Positions 12,846 to 25,550 of a DNA stretch of 64,000 bases are shown here, one piece after another. The notes under the pieces are model-generated. The model was not told the DNA's origin. It made no database searches and saw only the letters and a list, made by a program, of their open reading frames with translations. The stretch comes from Zygnema circumcarinatum SAG 698-1b (lineage: Eukaryota; Plantae; Zygnematophyceae), in the NCBI GenBank assembly GCA_037447605.1, contig CM074804.1:4441909-4505908 (forward strand), in the 5' to 3' direction. Numbering within the stretch: the first letter of the stretch is position 1; each line of letters begins with the position of its first letter. A program made the translations under genes and the position numbers.

Positions 12846-13440
12846 AAAGTGCGAGAAATAGACGAGAAGTGAGTGAAAGAGAGTTTTATATTGCAGAAAG
12901 AGCCCTCAAATAATCTCCTTGATCCAATCTGGATTATTTTTCTGTAACAATACCCAAATAATTTGTTCCGATCGCTTATCATTCTCTATCACGCTTACTG
13001 TTCCATCAAAAAATCCAGAAATCAACGCGAAGCTCCAGAAATACACCAATTCAAGCAAACGCCATTCCGGACTCAGATTTCAACCCAAATGGTGCTTACA
13101 TATGCTAGCTGCAGTTGACGTTTCGCTTGCGTGGTGCAATGTTTCATAGCACGGTTGCCCTTGATCCATGGCAGGGTGCAGCCTGGCACTGAACCACTTG
13201 CTGCTGAAACATTCAATTCATTCAGCTGCCTCCATACCTTCAATTTCAGCGAACAAAGAGGGAGAGAAAGAGAGAGAGAGGGCGAGAGAGGGCGAGAGAG
13301 AGGGAGAGGCGGAGAGGGGCGGAGAGGCCGAGTGCGAGAGTGAGGCAGCAGCCCAGTGCGGGCGTCAGCCGCCCTGCAAGGCCGCCGGGTCCAGTCCCTT
13401 CCCGAAGCATCCCACCGCGGTGTGAATGGGCCTGCTTTCG

Positions 13441-13774
13441 CACGTGCGATCTCGGTTTCCCGAGGGTGCCACGTATGCGCGCGGGCCGCCGTGGCGCCTT
13501 TTGCACGTGAGAGAGCCCTGACCGCGCTTGCGGGGACTCGCGCTGACGTCATTGTCGACGCGTGGCAGCTTCGCGAACTGCATGTTCTACACGTGGCGGC
13601 GCGCGCATGGTCCGCCGGCCAGCCTTAAAAAAAAAAAAGGCCACCCGTCGCCGGGCCGCGCGTCACGTCATTCAGATGCGACAAGCGCGCGCGAGGCGGC
13701 GCGACTTTCAATAGGTCGGTCGATCGGTCGGTCGGTCGGTCGGACAGGTTTGGCGGGCGGGCGGGCGGCATGCA
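13441..13774. promoter_or_regulatory. Cluster of G-box/ABRE, CE3-like, C-box and RY motifs in a GC-rich intergenic region
   Basis: CACGTG at 13441 and 13504, GCCACGTA 13468, TGACGTCA 13544, ACGCGTGGC 13558, ACACGTGGC 13589, TCACGTCA 13663, CATGCA 13769. Confidence 0.5.
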
Positions 13775-14697
13775 AGGGGCCGCGCGTGGCGGGGCGGAAT
13801 TGGCGCACCCCTGGCGGCGGCTGCGGTCCCGCCGGCCCCGCCCCGCTCAGTGTCAGGAACCACGGGGACGGCCGTCCGGAGGGGAGGGCCTCCCTTGTTG
13901 GTGTATGCTAGTTAGTTAGTCACTCAGGCACTAAGTTTGTGTGGCGGGAGGTGTGCTCCTAGTGTTTCTATTATATGGCGAACTTCCAGTTACCGTGCAG
14001 GACTTCGGGGGTGTGCCCGTAGTGCGAGCGCGCGGAGTCAGAACTGACAGGGCGCGGCGTCAGGATGTCGGCGCAGCGAAGGAGGCGGCGGCGGCACGAT
14101 AGTATGAGGCGCGATGTCAGCAGCGCCTCATCTGGGAGTCCGTGGCGAGTCGGGAGGCGCCACGTGTTAAGTCAGCGGTACGGTACGCGGCTGAGCAAAG
14201 AGGAGTCAGATCTGACGGCGCAGGATGAGGATCGGAATGAGGCTGAGGCGGATCCAACGGGCTGCGGAGCTGGAATCCGCGCCAGCGAGCGGTGGATCCA
14301 ACGGCCGGGGATTAGGATGAGATTAGACCCATGCAAGGCGCTGCATGGGCGGCCGTGACACGACAGCGTCACGTTTCACGGCGCCATATTATATTTGAGA
14401 GGGTTTGTAGTGAGTGGTTTAATCTTGCTCTGCGGTGGCTGGTCTAGCTAGGCTATCGTCACTCGTGTTGTGAGTTAGTGACTGAGAGAAACAAACCTTT
14501 GTAGCTTGGGAGCTTATTCATTGTGATGTGTTTTATTTATGAAGGAGTTTTAGAGCCGTGAGTTTTCTTCCTTAATTCTCTCTTGTTGTAGAGTAGCAGA
14601 GGCACAGGACATGCTGCTATTCCGAACCATTCTCTTTTGCATTTTCTCTGTGAGTAAAATGGGCTTTGAGTGATTGCATTTGAGTTGAAGAGTTAGA

Positions 14698-15327
14698 ATG
14701 TCATCTTCCGTAGGCACTAGAGAACCTATGGAGGGCGGTTCACGTGGAGGAGTCCTGGACAGTGGTGATGGGCTCACACCAACATCCCTTCCCTCCTCGG
14801 GCGGGTCCAGGATTTTTTATGAGGTAGGGCTAAGCCCCTCATCAACTTGTGGAAGGGAGGTCCGCCGCCGCTTCCTTTCCTTTCACAGTTGGGGCGCCGT
14901 CCCTCTTTTTGAATGCATGCGCAGTCGTGGCAGGCAGTCATGCTCCTCTCGCCGCGTCACGCTGGCAGACTCCCGTCACGGCATCGCCTTGCAACGCACG
15001 CTGTCACGCGGCCTTGCCGCCCTTCATTGTCGCGCCGCACTCGTTGCTGCTGACAGCCTCGCCGGCTCCAGCCTGCGCTTCTTCCCCTTCGATGTGCTCC
15101 TCCCCCTCCCCCTTTCTGATATGTGCCCGCATTAGCGAACTCTGTGACCGCCTTTAAAGCCATGTTCTTAGGCCCAGCAGCAGCTTCAAATTTTCGAGGT
15201 TTGGAGGACTATTGAAGAGCTGCCTACGATCGGCTTGGTTCATTGTTTGGAGGGAGCACGGCAGTCCCTGGAGGTAGCGCGAGTCCAATACACGGAAAGA
15301 TCGCACACTGAACGTGGACACCCATAG
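14698..15327 (+). CDS. Candidate orphan two-exon small protein, 93 aa (exons 14698-14823, 15172-15327)
   Basis: ATG at 14698; a phase-0 donor GAG|GTAGGG and acceptor TTCTTAG|GCC join in frame to a TAG stop. An AT-rich TATA-like element lies at ~14386. No family recognised. Confidence 0.35.
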
Positions 15328-15859
15328 GGTGATTCCGTTGTAGTTTTTTTGCCAAACTCAAATTTGGTACGAACGCATATGTGTGCTCGATCCTACTTTA
15401 CAGATTTTGTGCCGAAGATTGGTCAGTTTTTGTCAAAGATCCATTGTAAGAAAGCGAAGTTTCGGTGCACACAGTAATAGAGTAAGGCTGAGGCAGCATT
15501 CCGAGACGCGATGCGTACCGTGCGGCACTGCTCTCTCTCTCACAGCGGAGGGACAGAGCCGTGGGTACGAGGCTCGTCCAAATATCGGATCGAGATACAA
15601 CGGAACAGCATACGATACGATACGAAAATGGACCATCCTAAACACTGCGATATACCCTATCGAGAATGACGATATCTACCGCAGCGTATCGATTATATCG
15701 ATTATACCGCGCGTGCCGCCCCTCCAACGGCAGCTTTTGCTTTGGGGCCCCTCCGCTTGCAGGCCCGACCGAGCGAGCGAGCTCGGCCTGGGGAGGGGGA
15801 GAGGGAGGGAGAGAGGGAGGGGAGGGAGGGGAGGGAGGGGAGGGAGGGGAGGGGAGGCC

Positions 15860-18800
15860 ATGGCGGACAGCTCGGGCGCCCGGGTGCGGCTGTACAAGCA
15901 ACGTGGTGGCAAGTCCGACCAGCAGCGCCGGCGAGAGGAGGCGCTCGCGCGGCAGAAGAGCGCCCGGCGCGACCTGCTCTCTCACGCTCGCCAGCTGGCG
16001 CTCAGCTTGGGAGGGGAGGAAGGGAGAGGGGGAAGGAGGGAGGGAGGGAGAGGGGAGGATGCAGGGAGGGAGAAAGGGGAAGAAGACGAGAGTATGTGGG
16101 AGAGAGATGAGGAGTCGGACTTGCAGAGTAGGAAGGGGAATGGAGGTGTGGAGGGTGGAGGTGTGGAGGATAGGGATAGCGAGGCGGGGGAGGGAGAAAG
16201 TGAGGGGGAAAGGGCGGAGAGGAGAGTGGGAGATGTGGTGGAGGGAGGGAGGCTGTGGGGGCAGAAGGCTCGGGAGTGGTATGGGAAGCAGCTTATGATG
16301 CCAGAATGGATGGTGGATGTTCCATCAAATATGCAGCAAGAATGGTTAGTTGTGCATTATCATCTATTATTTATAAAATTTATACTTAATTTCTCACGTC
16401 AATTCGGAGCATAGCTGGAATTAGGATACTTGTGTCTGAACTAGTTGTGAAGGTAACTTTATTTTGCGTGTCTAGGGGATTGACCTGTACCAATGTCGAG
16501 ATGAATACAGGTGATTGTGATGACGTTGTGCCCAGACAGAGCCCCGAGGAGTATTCTAACAGCCTGACTCTGCGAAGTATCACAAAATTTCATAATTATT
16601 TCTCAGAATTCTTTGGAAATGACATTTTGATGCAGGTACGTTCTTCCTCGGCCGGAGGGAAAGCGGTGCCTTGTTATTTCGTCAAACGGAACAACTGTGA
16701 GCAGATTACGGAATGGACAGATCCTTCATAAATTCCCATCTGCGCTTCCAAACGGTGCGAGAACGCGCCAAGTGGCAGCTGCCGCCCACATTTATTGCAT
16801 CCTTGATTGTATCTTCCACGAGGTACAAACTGGTTTAAGAAAATAAAATTCAATATCACAGATTTCCCTTGTCTTTGCACAATTACCGCATTTCCTAGTT
16901 AGTTTCTGTTCCTTGGCAACTATGTGACTAAATCGATGCTTTAGGAACCGTATACCCTTAAACCCTACAACCTTAAAAGCCCTCTGTTGATATTTATGGG
17001 AAACTTAAACCTTACTTAAGCTTAGGTAAAATTCTTGCCCTGGGTAGCCTTTGCGGAATCCATGAGGAACCGCTGCAACTCCGGAGTTGCATCCAATCAG
17101 TTGAAATATCTGCATCATGTGATGCAGGCAAGCGAAACGTACTATGTCCTCGACATGATGTCGTGGCGGGGCTATTCGTTGTACGACTGTTCTACGGAGT
17201 TCCGTTTTTTTTGGGTTAATACAAAACTTGCTGAGACAGGAGCTTTAGAGTCTCCTTCTACTTATCACCGATATCGATTCCAGACTTTGCCAGTTTATGA
17301 CTGTTCGGTGAAGGGCCTTCAAGCAGCGTATGGGGAATTGTATCCCTTTCAGAAAGACGGCCTTCTCTTTTGTAATAAGTGAGTATCGCATCACCAGAGT
17401 CTGCCAACGTGTTTTGGTATTTTTGAAGTCTTAAATTGAGTTGGATATCCGGCGATTGGACCTGAACTTTGGTGTTTGTTTGAGCATTTGCTTGAAATCC
17501 TATTAAAAACGAAAAAAAAGGTCTTTTAGGAAAAAGACGTTTTTTCGATGCCACTTGGTTTCAGTTATGTTTTGATGTTCGACATCTAGCATTTGAATAA
17601 GTTTTTCATTATAAATTTTCAAATAACATACTTATTTTTATGTCCCTACGACGTCGATGCTACGGCAATCTTTTCTGCTAATACCTCAGGTGGACATTAA
17701 AGATTGTTTAGTGTTTTTAGGGTATGTGACACGTGGCACTTCATGATTGGGCTGGCCAGACACACACACTATACCCTCGGCCTTACTCCCTTGGTGCTTT
17801 TGTGGAAGGACCTTTACTGCAGCAAATATGTAATTGACACAGACAGCCATGGAATCATTCCTCCAGAACAGCTGGTGCGGACTGTTACAGTTACTGTCAC
17901 AATTACAGTCTTGCTCATGCATCTCGCTCTGCGTTTCATGCCGACAGTCAGAACACGTCGAGGAAAGACTTCCATTTTCAAGTCTAATTCATTCCTTACT
18001 GCAATGAGGCTGGGGAGCAGGTTGTGTTAGAGCTGAGAGTTGGCGGGTCCCTTGTGACGGCTGACGACCCTCCTGCAGTGCTCGGGGTGCTCCCAAATGA
18101 CGTTTTATGTGTTAGTGCCGCCTCCTCCTTGCGCTCCTCATTTTCTCGTCTTTCCCTTGCTCTAGCTTACATGCTCTCTCCCCCTCTCTCTCTCTCCTCT
18201 CCCGATTCCAACCCCCCATTTCTCGTTCAGCAGCGAGAACAATATTGCTATGTCGATAGCAAGTATCCTAATGCTTGTCCCCTCTTCATTTCAGAAGTCC
18301 CTTCTAGCAATTCTTCACAGGAAGTATTCCCTTTCTATGCTTCATCCCTTGCCGTTCCACTGAAACCAAGTCTGGTTCCATGGAGCCTCTCCTCACCCCC
18401 CACCCTCTGCCCTCCTGCTCTACGTTGGTCACAGAGCGTGAAGGACCTCAGGGAGGGCACTCTCCTCCGGTTCTCTCTTCAAGAAGGGGATCTCCAGATA
18501 GTGAATGGAGTACCCCGATTGGCCGGCATGCGCCTGCAAGGGCTGGCGCACAGGCGGGGAGCCGGACCCGACAGCTGCAGCAAGGTGAAGATTTTTTCGT
18601 TGGGTTCCTTCAAAAGTTGGCACACTGTCGCTTTTTTATTTTCAGCTATCAGAATCAGGCTTGTTTCTTTTTCGTGGCGCGGTGTTTGGCGGTTCGCTTG
18701 TTTTGAGGGTTGCCATAGGTGGGAAGGAACGGAGGCGGAAGGAATGGCACGGGTATTAATGTGTCCAGTCGGACGGATTTTGGGGCATGGAAGCAGATTT

Positions 18801-18949
18801 TGTTTCAGTACGCCGCCCGCCACGACCCTTTGACCTTTGCAGACATAGTCGCAGGCATGGAGGCATCGCATGGGGAGGGGGATGCGCCTGTAGATGCGGG
18901 CTCTCCCTCTGTTGAGTATGGAATAGAAGTCGAGCCTACGAACCTTTAA
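15860..18949 (+). CDS. SNUPN: Snurportin-1 (m3G-cap snRNP import adaptor), ~7 exons
   Basis: IBB-like N-terminus (DQQRRREEALARQKSARRDL), then QLMMPEWMVDVP, RPEGKRCLVISS, CILDCIFHE, YYVLDMMSWRGYSLYDCSTEFRFFW, DGLLFCNK, HYTLGLTPLVLLWKD, DSCSK|ILFQY. Confidence 0.93.
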
Positions 18950-19235
18950 AGGCTAAAAAACGACGAAACCCCAGAGCGGAATTTTCTCGCGCTCTCCTAC
19001 CCTCTGTACAGTTTTAATTGTACTCAAATACGGATTAAAGCGTTCAGTCCCCCCGTTTAGTTCATGATGAGAAGAAGCTCTTTTGTTGCTTACAAGTTGT
19101 TTGGATTTGACGGGGAAGCGAAGGGGTGGCACGACGTCAGATTTCACATCCAGACATGGAACTCAACAGTGGTAGGAAAGAGGATAAGAACCGTATAAAT
19201 GAACTTCTCTTACACTGGAAAGAGCACAAAGGCGC

Positions 19236-22200
19236 CTAGCGAAGAGTAACACCGGAGTGAACGGTCAGCTTGGAGTCTGTCCCGCCGCTCACAATGGCTT
19301 CTGGGCCCCACCAGTCTACACATAATACCTGCATCATTACCTCAAAATGCCAACACCACACATTTGTGAGTGATCTCGAGCAGCCTCTCCCACTCTCACT
19401 CTCTCGCTCGCCCTCCCATCTTTCATACGGCTCCATGGCCTCAAGTAGTTGGCAGAAGATAACTCATATTCCCACAAAGAAGTTCGCTGAAACCTGACCT
19501 ACAGATCCTGAATCGAGCCTCTTCCCCATTTTCCTGGATGCACGAAATGCTGAAGGGAAATGCAAAAGCCCTTTAAACAAAAACACGAGGGCAGAGTGCT
19601 GACCTTCTCCGCCTCTGTATCTATAGTGTAAAGGGGAATCTGTCAGCCCAAGTAAAGCCCGAGATCAATGTTAGCCACTCTGTTGAATCCATGCATACAT
19701 TGATAGAGACCACAACTTAAACCAGGACTGCTCGCTTTTTTGACCTGAACCAACAATTGAAACATGTTTCCGTTTGTATCAACCGCCTGACTGAAAAGAA
19801 AGCGCAGAATGGGGATCATCTGGAGCCCTGCCAAATGTTCCTGTGAATTGGGTTTGGGAAAGAATCCGTGCCAAGTAGATGCTAGGTTGCTCTCTTAGCC
19901 ATTCACTACAAAAGTTAACAGGTTCCTCAGACAATTGAAAGAGCTTCAACCAATATTCAAAAGCATAAAAGGGAGCCTCTCTCAGCCTAGTTTTGCCTGC
20001 AGGCTGCAGAATTCCAAAGTTCAAGCACTGGCCTAGACAGATCCACAACTACAGAAATTTGTGCAGCTTTTGACCAAGCATTGGGATAAAGCAAGTGAAA
20101 TACAACTCAACGCACAAGCGAGCAAGCTATCTTTCATTGAACGATGGGACACACTGGCAAACACCTTCGACTTCGAATTTTATAAATGGAACTTAACAGC
20201 TGTCTTGACCCCACTCTCCTTTTTCTTGTCTTCTTCCCTCATGCATCACCGCTGTCATCTCACTATCTCTCCCACATTCTTTCAGGGAAAAAAATGCATA
20301 CCGCTGACCGAATGTCCCATAGTTTGAGGGTGCCATCATATGAAGCAGAAACAAGGTGATGCGCACTTTTAGGGTGCCTGCCAACGAGAAAAAGGATTAA
20401 CAAATAAATCTTTTGATGACTTAGTTCAGCGGTACATTGTCCGGCCCTGTGGAGACAGACCAAGGAAAGCATGAAATTTGACTTTGCAACAAGACATTGA
20501 ATGGGGGGAGGGAGGGAGAGAGCGTGAGAGGCGAGCACACAGGGAAAGTAGGTGAGAGGTGGACGTGGAGGGAAGGGTAAACGGAGGGCGTGTGGGAGAG
20601 AAAGCAGTCAAAATCAAACGTCCAAGATTTGACAAGTCCTTCAGCAAAGGCTCTATTGGCTTCTGCCATTCTGTGAGTTTGGAACACAATCAAGTCCTTT
20701 CATATGGAGAGCACAAAACCGGCAGGCTCAAAAAGCTGCTAATTGTGGAAAACTCACCATCGGACGGCTGATATCCAGCCCTTATGGGAGGTGAGCTGCT
20801 TCACAGGTGTCACAGCGCCTGCCAAAAAAATATCCCAAAACAAAATAATGTACAAGCAAACATGCTGATTTATCCAAAGCAACACAGTCGTTTGTTCACG
20901 CTTCCAAATCAATGAGAGGAAAGACACATCATCTTTTCACTGAACGGATGCAAGAAAAAATCTGAACCTTAAGAAACACAAAGAACCCAGTCACCTTAAT
21001 GACCGACTTTTCACCAGTGAGGCAACACACTCCCACAGTCCTTACTCGCTGTTCGTGGGTCCCACAGACGCAGTACTCTGTCGCCTCCGCCAGCAGCGAG
21101 GAGTCCCCCTCCCTCTCCCTCTCCTCCCGCACTCAGAGTGAGCACAGGCTGCGTGCCTGTCTGCTTCCCATGAAGTCCAACAAGCATAGATCATTAGCCC
21201 AAATGAATAGCACACTTTAGTTTATACGACCCACCCAAGGCTTAGCCAAACTAACTGCTTGAGTTGTAACTGCACACATACATACATATATACATACATG
21301 CACACATGTTGGGTGCAGTTAGCAGTCCAGACACCGGACGAATGTCTGACCAGGGTATGCGTGTTGATGCCCGTTGCGGCGTCCCAACAGCGGACGGAGT
21401 GATCCCATGAGCCGGAGAAGATGCAGTCGGAGGCCCACACAACTGCCGCCACGCACTGAGTGTGGCCGTCGAGGGCTGCTCGAGGAGCCACCTGCGGGGG
21501 GAGGAGGAGGAGGAGGAGGAGGAGGAGGAGAAGGAGGAGGAGGGAGATGGGACCCATCAGAGGATATGGAAATGAAGGGCCAGATATAATGCCAGACTTT
21601 GCATAACTTTGGTTTCCAGGTTTTTGGAGGACTGCGCAAACTCTGCCAAGTTTTGATGCTTTTTATAGACTCGTTTATTCAATCATCAACAAACAAAGTC
21701 AAACAAAGTCCACAAGAACGCTCAGTAGCCTTAGTGGTAGACAACCGGGCAAAGACATATTAACTACATGATCGGTCTTTCAAGATTTGTGATTTTTGAA
21801 TTTTGAAAGCTTTTGCTCCGAGCATAGGAAAGTGGTAGTTCATTGCTGATGAGTACGAATGTACACACACTTTTACTTTAGCGCAAGAAAGAACCCTTAA
21901 GAGTACCTCTACAACGCCCGATGGCACCGCGTCATCGGCTGCTGTCCTCCTCTTTTTGCTTCCGGACCCCAGCTCTCCCTCATCCTCCTGCTCCTCTCCC
22001 GCTGTGGGCCATAAACAGATCGTCCCATCCCACGAGCCGGAGCAAATCTGCAGTCAAGATCCATTCATAAAAAAACACAAAAAACAAATGAAACTCGTCG
22101 ATGAAATTACTAACTCATAATTACAAGGTTTCTCCTTTCGTTAGGAAAATGCTGCCCATAAGACGAGCTGTCGAACTGCAAACGCTCCGCATGACATATT

Positions 22201-24970
22201 ATAGAATACAACAATGGTGCATTATTATAGCTCCTCGCATGAACTATGAGGACCTTTATGATCGAGACAAGTAAGGTTGAGGCAGACCTCCTCGCCTGAA
22301 GGGCTTGCAGCCACACACTGAATAGCAGCCTTATGACTGCGGAATATCTTTCTGCAGCCTATTGTTTTCTCTTTCTTCAAACTGTCTTTATTCATAGGCA
22401 CCTGTCACCACAATCCGTAACCATTAGCAGATCAGTGAAGCTTTAAAAGTTAGTCTACAGCAGAAAACAGAGGAGAGTCAAGGTGTGAGTAGGCTTGAGG
22501 GGGCTCGGCAATCCCAAAGAGGGATGATCAAAGGCTTAAATAATTGTACATGCAGCGTCTGAATCACTAAGTGAAGATGCAAGCAAAAATGGCGTATCTA
22601 AATAGGAATCACAGCGAGATTAAGCTCAAGCTTTACGAAAGAATCCATGTATGTTTTGTATGTCCTATTCTCGTCAGCACATGTGGACGTACCGTCCAAA
22701 GGCGAAGAGAACGGTCTTTCGACGCAGTCACCACTTCTGCCACGTGGGCATCTGCAGACAGGCCATGCAGGTATGATGCCATCATTCCAACTGTACAAAA
22801 ATAACAAAGATATAAAGGGAGACCTGTGCGTATGTGCAGATTACAGGTATAAATGCGGCCAGTTACGGATGGTTGAATGGGAGGTAACTCTGCTAGTTGG
22901 CATACTACGCCCGTGTTAGCCTGCATATACAGCACTTAGTGCGAATGGATTTTAAGTTCATGCGAAAGCCTCTTTTTCCTCTAGTAAAGTGGATTCAATA
23001 ATACTCACCATCACTTCCGAGCAAGGTTATGGCTTAAAGAGGGGTTCAAGCGAGTCATTTAGTCAGGTCGACATAGGACTTGCACCTTTTTGCTGAGCTG
23101 AACGGAGGGTGACAATGGACGATACCACGTCAGTATGACCGGAGAGTGTGCACCGGCATTCACTTCCGTCCACTAGGACCCTGCCACGTGGCATAATCTG
23201 GTTACAACTTTGAGAAACTAACCCCCCCCTATGCAGCACCAGCACTTCAAGAAGCGCTTCTCTTGTTTCATCCGACAACTACGTTACGGACAGTAAATAA
23301 AATGGTAAAGAGGTGGTATACAGCCTTTGGGGGGCCCTCCTTACTTCGACAAGTGCAATTTAAAAGCTAGCCCTTATGAAACTAATTGTAAACTTACCTC
23401 GCCAAATTGTCATGGGATCCTATTAGCACAACTCTGCAGCCATGAACCCCCTTTCCCAAAAAATAAGCCTTTAGTGGTAGGAGGTGGTCCCAATAACCGT
23501 CCCCCAGCTTCTCATCCACCTATGGCCACACTTCAAAGGAATTACGCGAGAACTAGAGACAAGGAAGCTCAAAATACAAGCGCGAGGTTGACATCCATTC
23601 AACTGCAGACAATTTCAAGTCAAGTCCCTCACCCGGGAAGTGAGCCATCCACAGCACTTATCCAGTCGGGCAGCTTTTGGTGAGTCGTTGCTTTTGGGGG
23701 GACAATTGCTGTAATATACTCAATCGTCACCACAGTTTCCTAGAATTCCATCCCCTCTATAAAAAGGTTTCATCGGACGGCACAATAGGCATTGCATAAA
23801 GTGAACAGCGCATTTGCATGTGGCACAAGTCTTTCATGAAAAAGTTCATCGATTCCTGTTCGAAGTCCTAAGAAGCACTAACACAAAAACTAAATGCGAA
23901 ATTGATCTCATGTATTCATGCTAAAATGTTTCACAGCTGCTATTCCACTTGGTCGAACCATGAGAATATGCAACAGCCACTTTTCTGTACGAAAGAATTC
24001 CAAGTGTTCCAATTCTGAGCATACACTTGTGAAATGCATTTACGAGATAGACTGTTTCAGCAAGGACCTTCCAATCCCGTCCGACGAAACCTTTATTGGA
24101 TCTTCAAAGTCATAATACTACGCCCTAAGCCCCGTCCTACATGGAAGCCGCATTGCAGCCGCCATAACATCTAGATTCAATTCTAATTTAATCAATATCT
24201 AACCAGAATTTATCAAATCATCTACTCACCACAGAGAGGTTCATTGCAATGAGAATCTTTTCAAGAGAAGTCCGAAGGAGCTCTCCTTCGACCAAAAAGT
24301 CAAAAGGGTACGGCTTTTCTGCAAAGGGCAAGTGGTTCCAGCGTCGCGTTTTAAAACATTTTCGAGCATTTTGAACCTTTTAGCAGAATTAAGCCAGAAA
24401 GTCTCAAGGCAAGCGAAAGGACAAGGGATTTTCTTTCAAGGTCGGACTTGGGTTGCTCAATCATTTGAATTTCGGTAGGAAACAGCATATTTTCTATAAA
24501 ACTAAAAATTTATCCAATGAACATGCAATATGAAAATGACCTTAATCCTTAGAAACAAGAGAAAATTGGCATTGAACTCACGATGGCGATGCCATCAAAT
24601 GTACATGGAAATTATGGAGAACCAGGAGGAAACGGTCACAAGGCCTAAGGAGGAAAGGAATGACCTATGAGCTGAAAGTTATTTCTACTTATACTTAGAA
24701 ACTCTTGACATTACGACAACTGTCTGGCTGACTGGCTGAAATCAATTTTCCAGAAACTTAATAAATAAAAGTATGAAACTGTTCCTTACCCTTTCCAAGC
24801 AACGTATTGATGATCTCTGAGAGTCCATATCGAGTCAAGCTTGCTGGAAGCGCAAAAGGAGCTTCAGAAACCTTATGCTCCTGCGGAAGCCGAGTGAAAA
24901 ACTTAACCTGCACCTGCCGTTGCTCTCCTCCTCCTCCTCCCTCTCCTCTCGTATCTGCTTCGGCAGCCAT
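19236..24970 (-). CDS. WDR12: Ribosome biogenesis protein WDR12/YTM1 (NLE domain plus WD40 repeats), multi-exon
   Basis: VQVKFFT..PASLTRYGLSEIINTLL, PFDFLVEGELLRTSL, LPDWISAVDG, SGSWDGTICLW, SGSWDHSVRCWD, LVSASYDGTLKLWDIRS, VLCVDW..IVSGGTDSKL. Confidence 0.92.
24568..24680 (-). mobile_element. 3'-end fragment of the CRE-like retroelement family, in WDR12 intron 1
   Basis: ggcattgaactcacgatggcgatgccatcaaatgtacatgga matches the sequences at 35207, 37221 and 50097. Confidence 0.65.
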
Positions 24971-25550
24971 GGCTGCAGCCTTGCGGGTGCTTTTGCAGGC
25001 GCAGGCTTCTTCTCCTCCTGCAAGTGCTCACTCACTCACTCCAGCACGACTGACTGCCTGTTTGGTTCTAACCTGCTCTATGCTCCCCCATTCTCCGTTA
25101 CGTTTTGTTCCCAATCAGTCCCTATATCGCAGCAATGGGACGATTTTCCAGTTCAGAATTGAACAACTAACAGAACTAGTCGCAGTGCAACAGAGAACTG
25201 TGGTTCGCCTTGAAGTACGGTCCCGTTTTATTACCGTACGAATGTACGGTATGTGAGCGGCGTACGATGATGCCATGAGATGGGATGGGATGCGATGCGA
25301 TGGGATGAGGCCATCCGGTAGCGCCACAGCGATGGCCGAAACCAGAAATACTGGGGCAATTTCCAATGGACGGCTGCGATTGGTCGTTCTTCGAAGCGGA
25401 CGGTGGGGATTCCCCAGTCCTGTGCTGCCCGGCCCCCGCCTCCGAAGCCCTAAAGGTCGATGGCACTGCTAAAGGGGTCCTCTTTGGCCGCCGTCGCCTC
25501 CACGTGGCAGGCTCTCCGCTTCTGCTGGTGCCGTCCGGCGCTCGGCAGCC

